Shown in pieces: positions 8,306-17,250 of a DNA stretch of 32,576 nt; the first letter of the stretch is position 1, and every line of letters begins with the position of its first letter. Under the pieces are notes generated by a model, which saw only the letters and a program-made list of their open reading frames with translations, ran no database searches and had not been told where the DNA came from. This DNA is from a candidate division WOR-3 bacterium (lineage in GTDB: Bacteria; SDB-A): the NCBI GenBank assembly GCA_016934535.1, contig JAFGSQ010000061.1, forward strand, positions 1-32,576, in the 5' to 3' direction. A program made the position numbers and the translations under genes.

Positions 8306-8447
8306 TAACCACGAATTGACACGAATGAACGCTAATGGATGCGAAGGATAAGAAAGAAACTATTCTATATAAAATTTGTTACCAAATTTTATAACTTCGT
8401 GTAGCTGGTTTATTTGCCTTATGCAAATAAGCCAGCCTTCTTGGTAG
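8306..8447. repeat. CACGAA-core repeat/hairpin cluster, locus C
   Basis: 8306-8327 is identical to 63-84 (22 bp). Perfect 11-bp hairpin at 8368-8393. acttcgtgtag + 14-bp hairpin (8404-8436) + cttcttggtag is homologous to 3350-3400. Confidence 0.85.
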
Positions 8448-8494
8448 AAATATTCTTAGTTCTTTGATTAAAATTTTTTAAAAAAAGATAGAAT

Positions 8495-9664
8495 TCAGAT
8501 CATCGAAGAAAGGATCGCGGTTAACTCGTCTACGAGGACTGCGCCTTCTTCAGTCACACGGCACCTTGTTTTTGATATTGATATTAAATTTTTCTCAATC
8601 AAATTTCCGGTTTTTTCTCTGCTGAAATTTTTGAATATACCGAGGCGGACACCTTCTTTTGTCCTCAATCCCGTCATCAGTATTTCGAGTCTTCTTTGTT
8701 GTTCGGTGACCTCTTCGCTTTCAGCGAGAATTTTTCCTTTAGAATAGGAAACAAGGTCGGATATGTTTTTCCACCTCCTGTTTCCTATACGCGACACAGA
8801 AGCGGGTCCGAAACCCAAATAGTTCTTTCCTTTCCAGATGTGAGAATTGTGGACGCTTCTCGCGTTGAAATCTTTTCTGAAATTACTTGTTTCATACCGC
8901 TCGTATCCGCTGTCTGACAGTATTTTTCCTACGAGCCTGAAAAGAGAAAGAGATTTTTCTTCGTCCAAAGGTCTTATTTTGCCTTTTTCCGTGTCTTCAA
9001 AAAGAGGGCATCCTTTTTCAATTGTCAGAGCGTAAGCTGAGACGTGGTCGGGCGAGAGAGACAGCACTTTTTCAAGGTCCTTTCTCAGGGATTTTTCGTC
9101 TTCGCCGGGAACACCGAATATAAAATCCACAGAGACTGATTTGGCGCGGGACTTCCTGCAAGCCTCGAAGGCTTCAAGAGCTTTCGAGGCGCTGTGAATC
9201 CTTCCGAGAAAACGTAATTTTCTGTCGTTCAGGCTTTGTACGCCGAGAGAGAGTCTCGTTACGCCTTCAAGGGTTAAAAACCTCGCGTAATCGTTGTCGA
9301 CAAGTTCCGGATTGAGTTCGACGGCGAATTCCTGCGACGGATCATTCAGTCCGGAAGATTCGAGAAAGGACATGAAAGCGACTGCGTTCTTTCCGCGCAA
9401 TATGTTGGGAGTCCCTCCGCCGATGTGCAGAGTTCTGGCCCTGGGATGCGCCTTGTATTCAGACAATTCAGTTTTTAATCCTGAAAGGTATTGAGAAATT
9501 CTGTTGTCGGTAGAGTGGAATGATGTAAAATTACAGTACAGGCATTTTTTTACGCAAAGCGGAACGTGAACATAATAGTCGGTGGCAAGAAGAGATTGAG
9601 TTTGATGATGGGAGTGAGTATGAATTGGCTCCTGGCCGTTTCTTTCGGTGTCGTTTTTTTTCAT
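8495..9664 (-). CDS. hemW: Radical SAM heme chaperone HemW / HemN-like protein
   Basis: YVHVPLCVKKCLYCNF (CxxxCxxC), GGGTP, RLSLGVQS, YETSNF...HNSHIW, YLGFGP. Confidence 0.88.
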   Translation of the reverse strand: MKKNDTERNGQEPIHTHSHHQTQSLLATDYYVHVPLCVKKCLYCNFTSFHSTDNRISQYLSGLKTELSEYKAHPRARTLHIGGGTPNILRGKNAVAFMSFLESSGLNDPSQEFAVELNPELVDNDYARFLTLEGVTRLSLGVQSLNDRKLRFLGRIHSASKALEAFEACRKSRAKSVSVDFIFGVPGEDEKSLRKDLEKVLSLSPDHVSAYALTIEKGCPLFEDTEKGKIRPLDEEKSLSLFRLVGKILSDSGYERYETSNFRKDFNARSVHNSHIWKGKNYLGFGPASVSRIGNRRWKNISDLVSYSKGKILAESEEVTEQQRRLEILMTGLRTKEGVRLGIFKNFSREKTGNLIEKNLISISKTRCRVTEEGAVLVDELTAILSSMI

Positions 9665-10282
9665 TGTTCTGAATTTAATGAAATTCTATCACTTTACAGG
9701 CGGATTGAAAACGACCCTTACACAAGCGCTGATATATTGACGTGGGCGGACATAATTTATCTTCACGGAAACAAAGAAATAAGCGAGGACGTCGCTTTTC
9801 TGCTCACTGACACGGCGAGACAGAGCATGGCGGGAATGCCTGTTTGCGCTCATATTTCCTGGGCCATCTACGACGCGAAAGAATTTTTAACTGCCGAAAG
9901 AACGGGCGCCTGGACCGGAAAGCTATACCCTTACAGGAGATTCGGACTTGAAGGGATTAACGACCTGCCTTCCCGTTTTGACACGGTGTTCGGCAAAACA
10001 GAAGGATTTGCCTACAGGTGCGGGTCGAGGTGGGCTGAATTCTATCCGTTTTTAGATTCTACGGGAATGGTGTGGATCGAAAACCTTGACGGATCGATGA
10101 GCACAGACGATCTCTGCAGGACTTCGGGAGCAGACAGAGGAGAGCTTTCGCTTTTTTTACTTGCTTTGTCAAGAATTGATGCAGTGCGTTTCAGCAAAAT
10201 CCAGTTGAGTGACAATTTCTGGTTTTGCCCTGATAAACCGGGCGGAATAAACGGTATGATGTATTTTTTTATTGGGGAATGA
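9620..10282 (+). CDS. Hypothetical protein: N-terminal hydrophobic segment, C-terminal PqqD/RRE-like winged helix
   Basis: SD gggag before ATG 9620. C-terminal LDSTGMVWIENLDGSMSTDDLC...LFLLALSRIDAV resembles the PqqD pattern. The start overlaps the hemW start. Confidence 0.55.
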   Translation: MNWLLAVSFGVVFFHCSEFNEILSLYRRIENDPYTSADILTWADIIYLHGNKEISEDVAFLLTDTARQSMAGMPVCAHISWAIYDAKEFLTAERTGAWTGKLYPYRRFGLEGINDLPSRFDTVFGKTEGFAYRCGSRWAEFYPFLDSTGMVWIENLDGSMSTDDLCRTSGADRGELSLFLLALSRIDAVRFSKIQLSDNFWFCPDKPGGINGMMYFFIGE

Positions 10283-10382
10283 GCGTTAAAACTGCTCGTT
10301 CAATTGTTGGAATATTTCTGTTGTTAACAGTACTGTGGAGGCAATTAATAAATTAATTTTCAAGCGCGAGAACGGAGAATAC

Positions 10383-11897
10383 ATGAAAAAAGTTTTGATA
10401 GTTCTGATTTCAAGCCTTTGTTTTACGGCCGCCATCCATGCGCAGGCCGTAAACGGAGACACAGTGAGAGTTGACCGAAACATACTGGTTCTAAAAGTGT
10501 GGGGTTCTCATCAGGAGAGAGGCTACGCTCACGGCTACCTTTTGGCCCCGAGAATAAAAAACGTCTTCGAGAATTATGTGCTCAGCAGTATATTCTACAA
10601 CAATGCTGGCTTGTACACCGGAGTCAGAACCTTTTTTGAGCAAAACTGCTATTTCAACGACAGATACCTTGCTGAAACCGGAGCGATGATACAGGGAATG
10701 GAAGATGCAGGCGTCAGCGTATGGTCGCAGGTCCTTGGAAGAGACGTCGATTCGGTCGACATACTTATGACGAGCGCAATAGACGAACTGGTCGAAGCTT
10801 TGGAGTGTTCAAGTCTCTCGAGCTGGGGACCCATGACTGCCCAGGACTCGGTTTTACAGGGTTCTTTGGTGATAACGAGAATGATGGACTGGACGTCAAA
10901 TTCCGTTCTGAAAGAAAACCATTTAGTAATAGTCCACATACCCTCTGAAAACGACGAACAGCCCTGGCTATCTGTCGCCTATTCAGGTTTCGTCGCCGCT
11001 CTTTCGGCTGTCAACGACAGCGGCGTCACGGCTTTCAAAAACATGGGGAACACGCCGAGTCATCCCAATCCGACGAACCTGTACCCGGCTCTCCTGGCCG
11101 CAAGAGACGCCGTCGAGAGATGTGATTACAATAACGACGGGACGTGCGACGTAAATGACGTATTGAGCTCATTTGGTTCGCATAATTTTTACGGTTCTTC
11201 GATAATACACGCAACATCGGAAGCGGGAGAGATAATCCCTGCGCTCGCAATCGAATGCGACAACGAGGCCGGAGACACCTTCAGAACGTATTCACACGAT
11301 CCCGGCTTGCCTCTTTACAACATCGTTTGCACGAACCATTTCCGCGCCCTGCATCCGCCAGTGTACTGTTACAGGTACAATAATATAACAGATTCAATAC
11401 AGGCGGACTCTTCAATGACCGCAGACAGAAGCTGGAAAGTCATGTCCGGAGCCGCCGGCGTTTCAGGCAACAGCCAGATGATGCAATGGATAGGAATAAC
11501 AAGAACCTTGAAAGTCTCTGCGGCAACTTCGGATTCCCCGGCATACATGAGGATGCCGATCCTGCTCAACGCGGATTCTCTTTTTGAATTCACCGGCGTG
11601 GAGGAAAACCGGGAATGCGCTTGCGGAGCTTTCCTGTCAGTCAGCAACGTTATTTTTTCTTCGACAATCGTCGTTTCTTATTCCGGAAACACGGAGATCG
11701 AGTTATTGATTTCCCTCTATGACATATCGGGAAGGGAAACCCTCCCCGTAAGACGAGTGATCATGAATCCGGGACGTTCGTGCGAAATTCCCCTGACAGA
11801 TTTTCCTGCCGGGATGTATTTCCTCAGGATAGAAGGAGTGACGGCCGATGCAGACAGAAATCTGTATCTGACAAAAAAAATCTTTTCAGTTCTTTAG
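10383..11897 (+). CDS. Secreted C45-family autoproteolytic Ntn-hydrolase (acyltransferase/peptidase) with T9SS-type CTD
   Basis: Signal peptide; VWGSHQERGYAHGYLL; nucleophile site ECSSLSSWG; RMMDW; CTNHF; GVEE linker then YDISGR...GMYF. SD ggag before ATG 10383. Confidence 0.82.
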   Translation: MKKVLIVLISSLCFTAAIHAQAVNGDTVRVDRNILVLKVWGSHQERGYAHGYLLAPRIKNVFENYVLSSIFYNNAGLYTGVRTFFEQNCYFNDRYLAETGAMIQGMEDAGVSVWSQVLGRDVDSVDILMTSAIDELVEALECSSLSSWGPMTAQDSVLQGSLVITRMMDWTSNSVLKENHLVIVHIPSENDEQPWLSVAYSGFVAALSAVNDSGVTAFKNMGNTPSHPNPTNLYPALLAARDAVERCDYNNDGTCDVNDVLSSFGSHNFYGSSIIHATSEAGEIIPALAIECDNEAGDTFRTYSHDPGLPLYNIVCTNHFRALHPPVYCYRYNNITDSIQADSSMTADRSWKVMSGAAGVSGNSQMMQWIGITRTLKVSAATSDSPAYMRMPILLNADSLFEFTGVEENRECACGAFLSVSNVIFSSTIVVSYSGNTEIELLISLYDISGRETLPVRRVIMNPGRSCEIPLTDFPAGMYFLRIEGVTADADRNLYLTKKIFSVL

Positions 11898-12574
11898 GTT
11901 TTTTTATCGAGCCGGCAGAGGCACGACACCGTTTCTCCGATGCGGTCGAGTTTGATGCGCATGCCGGAGACTTTGAGGAAAACAGAGGACCGGTCTATCC
12001 ATAAAATGAAATGTCCGAATCTTGGTGTTATTCCGGTGAATAGCTCAAGAGCTCCTCTCAGAGTGGAAAGCGAAAGAAGCCGATCGGCTCCGGCCTGGCC
12101 GTCGGCTTTTACCCGGATTTTTTTCCCGCCTAAATCAACGGGCACGCAGTTTTCCAGACCGGTTTTCTGAAAAAGAAATCTCGAAGAGTAAAAGACGGCT
12201 TTAGAAGGCATAAAGACAGGGGTCCTGACTTCCAATCTCGCCGGAGAGTTTCTCATTGCGGGTCTGTAGAAGATTTCGACGCTCCTGTCGTTGTAGCGTC
12301 CGAAATAGCGCCTGCCCATTATAAAAAAACTTTGAACCTTTTCAACGGTCATGAAAGTCAGAAATTTAGAAATGTCGGAGCGCCTTTTGAGTATGGTCAG
12401 TATCAAACCAACGAACAGGACCCAGATAATGAAAAACAGGGAACCGGTTATTATCGGAGTGTATTCAGCGGTGATTATTTTTATGCCCTTAGCGGACTCA
12501 AGCCAGTACCCGGCCGACAGAAGGACGAGGACAGCAATGAATCCTGTCAGCAGATAAAAAAAATACTTAGGCAT
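11894..12574 (-). CDS. Hypothetical membrane protein (2 TM)
   Basis: 226-aa ORF with two N-terminal TM segments, starting 4 nt after the stop of the upstream gene in the same orientation. Confidence 0.7.
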   Translation of the reverse strand: MPKYFFYLLTGFIAVLVLLSAGYWLESAKGIKIITAEYTPIITGSLFFIIWVLFVGLILTILKRRSDISKFLTFMTVEKVQSFFIMGRRYFGRYNDRSVEIFYRPAMRNSPARLEVRTPVFMPSKAVFYSSRFLFQKTGLENCVPVDLGGKKIRVKADGQAGADRLLSLSTLRGALELFTGITPRFGHFILWIDRSSVFLKVSGMRIKLDRIGETVSCLCRLDKKT

Positions 12575-12578
12575 GTTT

Positions 12579-13850
12579 TCAGAAGGATCGTACCGTTCTG
12601 AATCCTATGAGTTCTATTGCCATCATCGGAATATTCTTGCCCCTTGACGAGCATCGTAGATACCTGAAGTCGTGTCCGAAGGAGCCTCCTCTCATCGATC
12701 TGTATTCACCCGATTCAGGTCCTCTCGGATTGTAATTGCTTCCCGCAGGAGGGTAGTCTGAATAGAAATTCGAGCACCACTGCCAAATATTGCCGGCCAT
12801 GTCAAACAGTCCGAAATTGTTTGGAGCGAAGTTTTTTACCGGAGAGGTGTGCATGAATCCGTCCCTTGCCATGTGGCTGAAAACAGACGCGAAGTCGCCT
12901 TTTTCCATGTCCTGTATGTATTCTCCGATCGTCGAATAACCCGCGTGGTTGGCTTTTGCCTCGCTTTTTTCTATTCCGGGTGATTCGTCTCCCCACGGGT
13001 AAGCGGCTATTGTTCCTCCCTGTGCCGCATACTCGAATTCGTATTCCGTCGGAAGCCTGTAGCCGTTCGTGTACCGGCACTGCCATGTGACGGTGTCATA
13101 CTGAATGTCAAGACCTTCTTTTGAAGAAAGCCAGTTGCAGTATCGCGCGGCGTCAAACCATGTGACCTGAGTGACCGGGTGATCAGGAATATCAGTCGGA
13201 GCGTCTGGACCTTCCGGCCCTCTCGGCCTTTGCCAGTTTCCTCCGTCGTGCTGGTAACCGGTCGTGTCTGTATAAAAACCTATTGTTGTGTCTTTTTCGG
13301 CATCTGTTATGTAACCTGTCTCCCTGACGAATGAGTAAAACTCGGCGTTCGTCACGGGCGTGGTCTTCATAAGAAAACTGTCTATCTTGACTCTGAATGT
13401 CGGTTTCTCGTCGTCGAATATAGGCCTTGTCGAACCAATTCTGCAAATACCCTCGGGTATAAAAGAGTAACCTTCGGGCAATGACCTGAAAATTTCTTCG
13501 GTTATGATCTGAGGTGGTTTTTTAAAAAATTTGTTGGAAAAAACTATCGCGAGAATTGCGAGAATGACTAAAATAAAAAATATTGACAAAAGTATTTTCG
13601 GCAGTTTGGATTTTTTCTCTTCCTCATCATACTCCGGGTAATCGGTCTTAGAAGGGGGCGGAATTTGTTTTTCCGGAGTTTTTTCGACGGTGACGGGCGG
13701 AATTTTTTCAGGTTCCTTTTTTGCCGGAGGAGGGGGAGGAAAGTCGTCGGGTGGAGGGGGGACGTCTTTTAAAAGCTTGTATCCGCAATTGGGGCATTTT
13801 ACGTCTTTCTCATTCACTGGGAAAAAACAATTAGGACAATTTTTTTGCAT
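12579..13850 (-). CDS. Zinc-ribbon + Pro-rich + TM + FGE-sulfatase (SUMF1/EgtB/PvdO) domain protein
   Basis: CPNC...CPNCG; poly-Pro linker; TM; VTNAEF, HPVTQVTWFDA, YRLPTEYEFEYAA, GLFDMAGNIWQWC, RGGSF, IGFR. SD aaggag before ATG 13850. Confidence 0.9.
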   Translation of the reverse strand: MQKNCPNCFFPVNEKDVKCPNCGYKLLKDVPPPPDDFPPPPPAKKEPEKIPPVTVEKTPEKQIPPPSKTDYPEYDEEEKKSKLPKILLSIFFILVILAILAIVFSNKFFKKPPQIITEEIFRSLPEGYSFIPEGICRIGSTRPIFDDEKPTFRVKIDSFLMKTTPVTNAEFYSFVRETGYITDAEKDTTIGFYTDTTGYQHDGGNWQRPRGPEGPDAPTDIPDHPVTQVTWFDAARYCNWLSSKEGLDIQYDTVTWQCRYTNGYRLPTEYEFEYAAQGGTIAAYPWGDESPGIEKSEAKANHAGYSTIGEYIQDMEKGDFASVFSHMARDGFMHTSPVKNFAPNNFGLFDMAGNIWQWCSNFYSDYPPAGSNYNPRGPESGEYRSMRGGSFGHDFRYLRCSSRGKNIPMMAIELIGFRTVRSF

Positions 13851-13970
13851 CCGCAACTCCTTTGTTGGAATGAATTATAATTTAAAAACGATTAAAAATA
13901 AATATTTGTGTTATTGGTATTGTAATTGTGCCAAAAAGCAGTATCTTTATTTAAAACGAACGGAGGCAGA

Positions 13971-14666
13971 TTGGACCCCAAATGTTTTTACAAGTTGAGT
14001 TACGGAGTTTATATAGCCTGTTCCAAAAAAGGCTCCAAATTCAACGGTCAAATTGTCAACACATGTTTTCAAGTGACTTCCGATCCTCCTCAAATAGCTC
14101 TGAGCATCAACAAAAACAATCTCACCCACGAGTACATTCAGGAAAGCCGCGTAGTGGCGTTATCTATATTATCCGAGAACGCGCCCATGAAATTTATTGG
14201 AAATTTTGGTTTTAAAAGCGGAAGGGAAATAGATAAATTCCAGGGTATAAATTACAAAATAGGCAAACTTGGAGCCCCTATTGTTCTTGACTACACGACA
14301 GGATATTTTGAACTCGAAATAATAAGCCAGACCGACGTTGGAAGCCACACTCTTTTCATAGGCAAAGTTGTCGAAGCCCAGGTATGCAATGAAGATGAGC
14401 CCATGACCTATAGTTTTTACCACAACGTAAAAAAAGGGCTGTCTCCTAAAAATGCTCCAACGTATGTTAAGAAAACTGAAGAAACAAAACCGGAGGAGGA
14501 AAAGATGAAAAAGTATGTCTGCGATGTTTGCGGATATATCTACGACCCCGAGGTCGGAGATCCCGATTCAAACATTCCGGCGGGAACGGCTTTTGAAGAT
14601 ATCCCCGAAAGCTGGGTTTGTCCGATATGCGGCGCGGGAAAAGACTCCTTTTCCCCGCAGTCTTAA
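13971..14666 (+). CDS. Flavin reductase-rubredoxin fusion (high-molecular-weight rubredoxin)
   Basis: KLSYGVYI...GSHTLFIG flavin reductase-like domain; C-terminal [12 protein letters not shown]...WVCPICG rubredoxin; SD ggagg before TTG 13971. Confidence 0.92.
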   Translation: MDPKCFYKLSYGVYIACSKKGSKFNGQIVNTCFQVTSDPPQIALSINKNNLTHEYIQESRVVALSILSENAPMKFIGNFGFKSGREIDKFQGINYKIGKLGAPIVLDYTTGYFELEIISQTDVGSHTLFIGKVVEAQVCNEDEPMTYSFYHNVKKGLSPKNAPTYVKKTEETKPEEEKMKKYVCDVCGYIYDPEVGDPDSNIPAGTAFEDIPESWVCPICGAGKDSFSPQS

Positions 14667-14681
14667 ATAAAGGAGGATGTA

Positions 14682-15062
14682 ATGACTAAAAAGCTTCAGA
14701 TCTACAAATGCGATATATGCGGCAACATAATCGAAGTTCTGCATCCGGGGGCAGAAGCGCTCGTCTGCTGCGGACAACCGATGAAACTTAAAGATGAACT
14801 GACAAAAGAAGGCGCCGGTGAAAAACACCTGCCAGTAATAGAAAAAACGGGCGACAAAATCAAAGTCAAAGTTGGATCCGTCACTCACCCTATGGAAGAC
14901 GCCCATTACATAGAATGGATAGAAGTCCAGTGCGGCGAAAAGGTGTGCAAAAAATTTCTCAAACCCGGTGAGAACCCCGAAGCTGAGTTCGAAAACTGTA
15001 AGGGCGAGGAAATTATCGCGAGAGAGTACTGCAACGTCCACGGACTGTGGTCGGTCAAGTAA
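14682..15062 (+). CDS. dfx: Desulfoferrodoxin (2Fe superoxide reductase)
   Basis: CDICGN...CCGQPM desulforedoxin domain; EKHLP, HPM...HYIEWI, CNVHGLW. Confidence 0.96.
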   Translation: MTKKLQIYKCDICGNIIEVLHPGAEALVCCGQPMKLKDELTKEGAGEKHLPVIEKTGDKIKVKVGSVTHPMEDAHYIEWIEVQCGEKVCKKFLKPGENPEAEFENCKGEEIIAREYCNVHGLWSVK

Positions 15063-15077
15063 AAGGAGAAATAAAAC

Positions 15078-15563
15078 ATGGATCAAAAAATGATAAAAGA
15101 GCTAAACGATCAGGTAAACGCCGAGCTTTATTCGGCTTATCTTTATCTTTCTATGTCGGCTTATTTCGAAGACAGGAATTTGAAAGGTTTCGCCAAATGG
15201 ATGAGAATTCAGGCGAAAGAAGAACTCGGCCACGCGATGAAAATATACGATCACATACTCGAAAGAGGCGAAAGAGCTGAACTTTCGAAAATCGACGCTC
15301 CTGACAAGGAATGGGCTTCTCCTCTTGAAGTTTTTAAAAAAACTCTCGAACACGAAAAACACGTAACTTCACTCATTCACGGACTTGTCAAAACAGCGAG
15401 AGACTTAAACGACTACGCGACGGAGATATTCCTTCAATGGTTCGTAACCGAGCAAATTGAAGAAGAAGCGAGTGCCGGAGAGATTCTCAACAAACTCGAC
15501 ATGATTAAAGAGAGTAAAAACGGAATGTTCATGCTCGACAGGGAGCTCGGAACGAGAGAATGA
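15078..15563 (+). CDS. ftnA: Non-heme ferritin
   Basis: ELYSAYLYLSM, EELGHAMK, EHEKHVT, FLQWFVTEQIEEE ferroxidase motifs. Confidence 0.96.
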   Translation: MDQKMIKELNDQVNAELYSAYLYLSMSAYFEDRNLKGFAKWMRIQAKEELGHAMKIYDHILERGERAELSKIDAPDKEWASPLEVFKKTLEHEKHVTSLIHGLVKTARDLNDYATEIFLQWFVTEQIEEEASAGEILNKLDMIKESKNGMFMLDRELGTRE

Positions 15564-16315
15564 TAAAAAGAGATAAGGAGAAGAAAAGCGTTCTCAGGAT
15601 AAGGAATCTCGCGCTTTCTCTAAACGGGAAAAAAATAATTAACGACCTCGATGCCGAGATATGGCAGGGTCACGTTCACGCCGTAGTCGGACCTAACGGC
15701 GCTGGTAAATCCACGTTAGCCGGAATCCTGATGGGACTCTCCGGCTATCGGGATTACGAAGGCGAAATAATTTTTCGGGGAAAATCGTTAAAAGAACTCG
15801 GGATTTACGAAAGAGCTGAACTCGGTATGACACTCGCCTGGCAGGAACCCGCGAGATACGAAGGACTGAAAGTGAAAGATTTCGTCGGAGCCGCGTCGGA
15901 AAAGATTTCCGGAATAAAATCGGCCAAAGCCCTAAAAGAGGTAGGATTGGATCCCGATGAATACCTTACAAGAAATGTGGACAAAACTTTGAGCGGAGGC
16001 GAGAGAAAGAAAATCGAACTCGCATCAATATACCTGATGAAGCCCAAACTGGCGATATTGGATGAACCTGACTCAGGGATAGACGTGGAATCGTTAGGTA
16101 GAATATTCGACGTAGTACGAAAACTCAAGGAAAAAGGAACCACGGTAATAATGATAACCCACAGCCTCGAAGTACTGAAACATTCCGATCACGCGTTTTT
16201 GATGTGTGACGGAAGGATTGTCGACAAAGGAGCCGTGTCTAAAATTTCGAAATACTTTGAGAATAAATGCATACCCTGTTCCCACAAAAACATGCCGGAC
16301 AGAGGAGTCAAATGA
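15560..16315 (+). CDS. SufC-like ABC ATPase (SmsC-type)
   Basis: GPNGAGKST, AWQEPARYEG, LSGGERKKIELA, ILDEPDSGID; C-terminal CIPC. Confidence 0.88.
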   Translation: MIKRDKEKKSVLRIRNLALSLNGKKIINDLDAEIWQGHVHAVVGPNGAGKSTLAGILMGLSGYRDYEGEIIFRGKSLKELGIYERAELGMTLAWQEPARYEGLKVKDFVGAASEKISGIKSAKALKEVGLDPDEYLTRNVDKTLSGGERKKIELASIYLMKPKLAILDEPDSGIDVESLGRIFDVVRKLKEKGTTVIMITHSLEVLKHSDHAFLMCDGRIVDKGAVSKISKYFENKCIPCSHKNMPDRGVK

Positions 16316-17250
16316 CCCAAAACAAGAATGCAGAAGAACTTTTTTCGAAAACCGATTCAGATATTAACGATCTTCTGGACCCGAAAATCGCCCATCTCAT
16401 AATTAGCCACGATAAAGTCGTCAGCAAAAACGGCGTTGAAGGCCTCAAGGTTGAAACCCAGACGATCGAAAACGGCCTTCACGTCCTCATCGAACTCGAA
16501 GAAGGAATAGTTATTGAAAAACCCGTCCATCTCTGTTTCGGTATGCTGCCTGAACAGGGAATTCAAAATATAGTAGTTGAAGCCGTGATGAAAGAGCGCG
16601 CTTCGATGTCCGTTCTCGCTCACTGCGTTTTCCCGAACGCGATAGACGTTCAGCACCTGATGAATGGCAGTATAAAACTCGGAAAATATTCTGTTTTCAG
16701 ATATTTCGAAAGGCACGTTCACAGCGAGAAAGGCGGAGTGAGGGTCGTGCCGAAAACTGTTGTGGAGCTGGGCGAAGGTGCAAAATTCTCGACGGAATTC
16801 GAACTTCTCAGAGGCAGAGTCGGCGTCATTGATATAGACTACGAGGCCAAATGCTCGGAAAACTCTGTCCTTGAAATGTCGGCTAGGATAAACGGAACCG
16901 AAGACGACAAAATTTCAATCAGGGAGACCGGATTGCTCCAAGGAGCTTATTCGAGAGGAGTTTTAAAGACCAAGATAGCCCTGCGCGGAAGGTCGAGAGC
17001 CGATGTCTTCAATAAAATTATCGCATCGGGAGCTTATTCGAGAGGTCATGTTGACTGCAAGGAAATCGTCATGGACCAAGCAGTAGCCAACGCAGTGCCG
17101 ATAGTTGAAGTCAGACATCCCAAGGCTCGCGTAACTCACGAAGCTGCAATAGGAAGCGTCGACAACAGACAGCTCGAAACGCTTATGTCGAGAGGCGTTT
17201 CTGAAGAAGCCGCCGAAGAAATGATAATACAGGGGATGCTGTCAGAATGA
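16312..17250 (+). CDS. SufB/SufD-family Fe-S scaffold (SmsB-type)
   Basis: PVHLCFG, AHCVFPNA, GHVDCKEIV, VTHEAAIGSVD...LMSRG; SD gaggag and ATGA overlap with the upstream stop. Confidence 0.9.
   Translation: MTQNKNAEELFSKTDSDINDLLDPKIAHLIISHDKVVSKNGVEGLKVETQTIENGLHVLIELEEGIVIEKPVHLCFGMLPEQGIQNIVVEAVMKERASMSVLAHCVFPNAIDVQHLMNGSIKLGKYSVFRYFERHVHSEKGGVRVVPKTVVELGEGAKFSTEFELLRGRVGVIDIDYEAKCSENSVLEMSARINGTEDDKISIRETGLLQGAYSRGVLKTKIALRGRSRADVFNKIIASGAYSRGHVDCKEIVMDQAVANAVPIVEVRHPKARVTHEAAIGSVDNRQLETLMSRGVSEEAAEEMIIQGMLSE

Noticed and set aside
12579-12720. Diversity-generating retroelement target
   Set aside because: I found no reverse transcriptase and no near-identical template repeat in the window.
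13870-13905. Fur/PerR box upstream of the oxidative-stress operon
   Set aside because: It is biologically plausible, but the AT-rich stretch matches the consensus too loosely to call.
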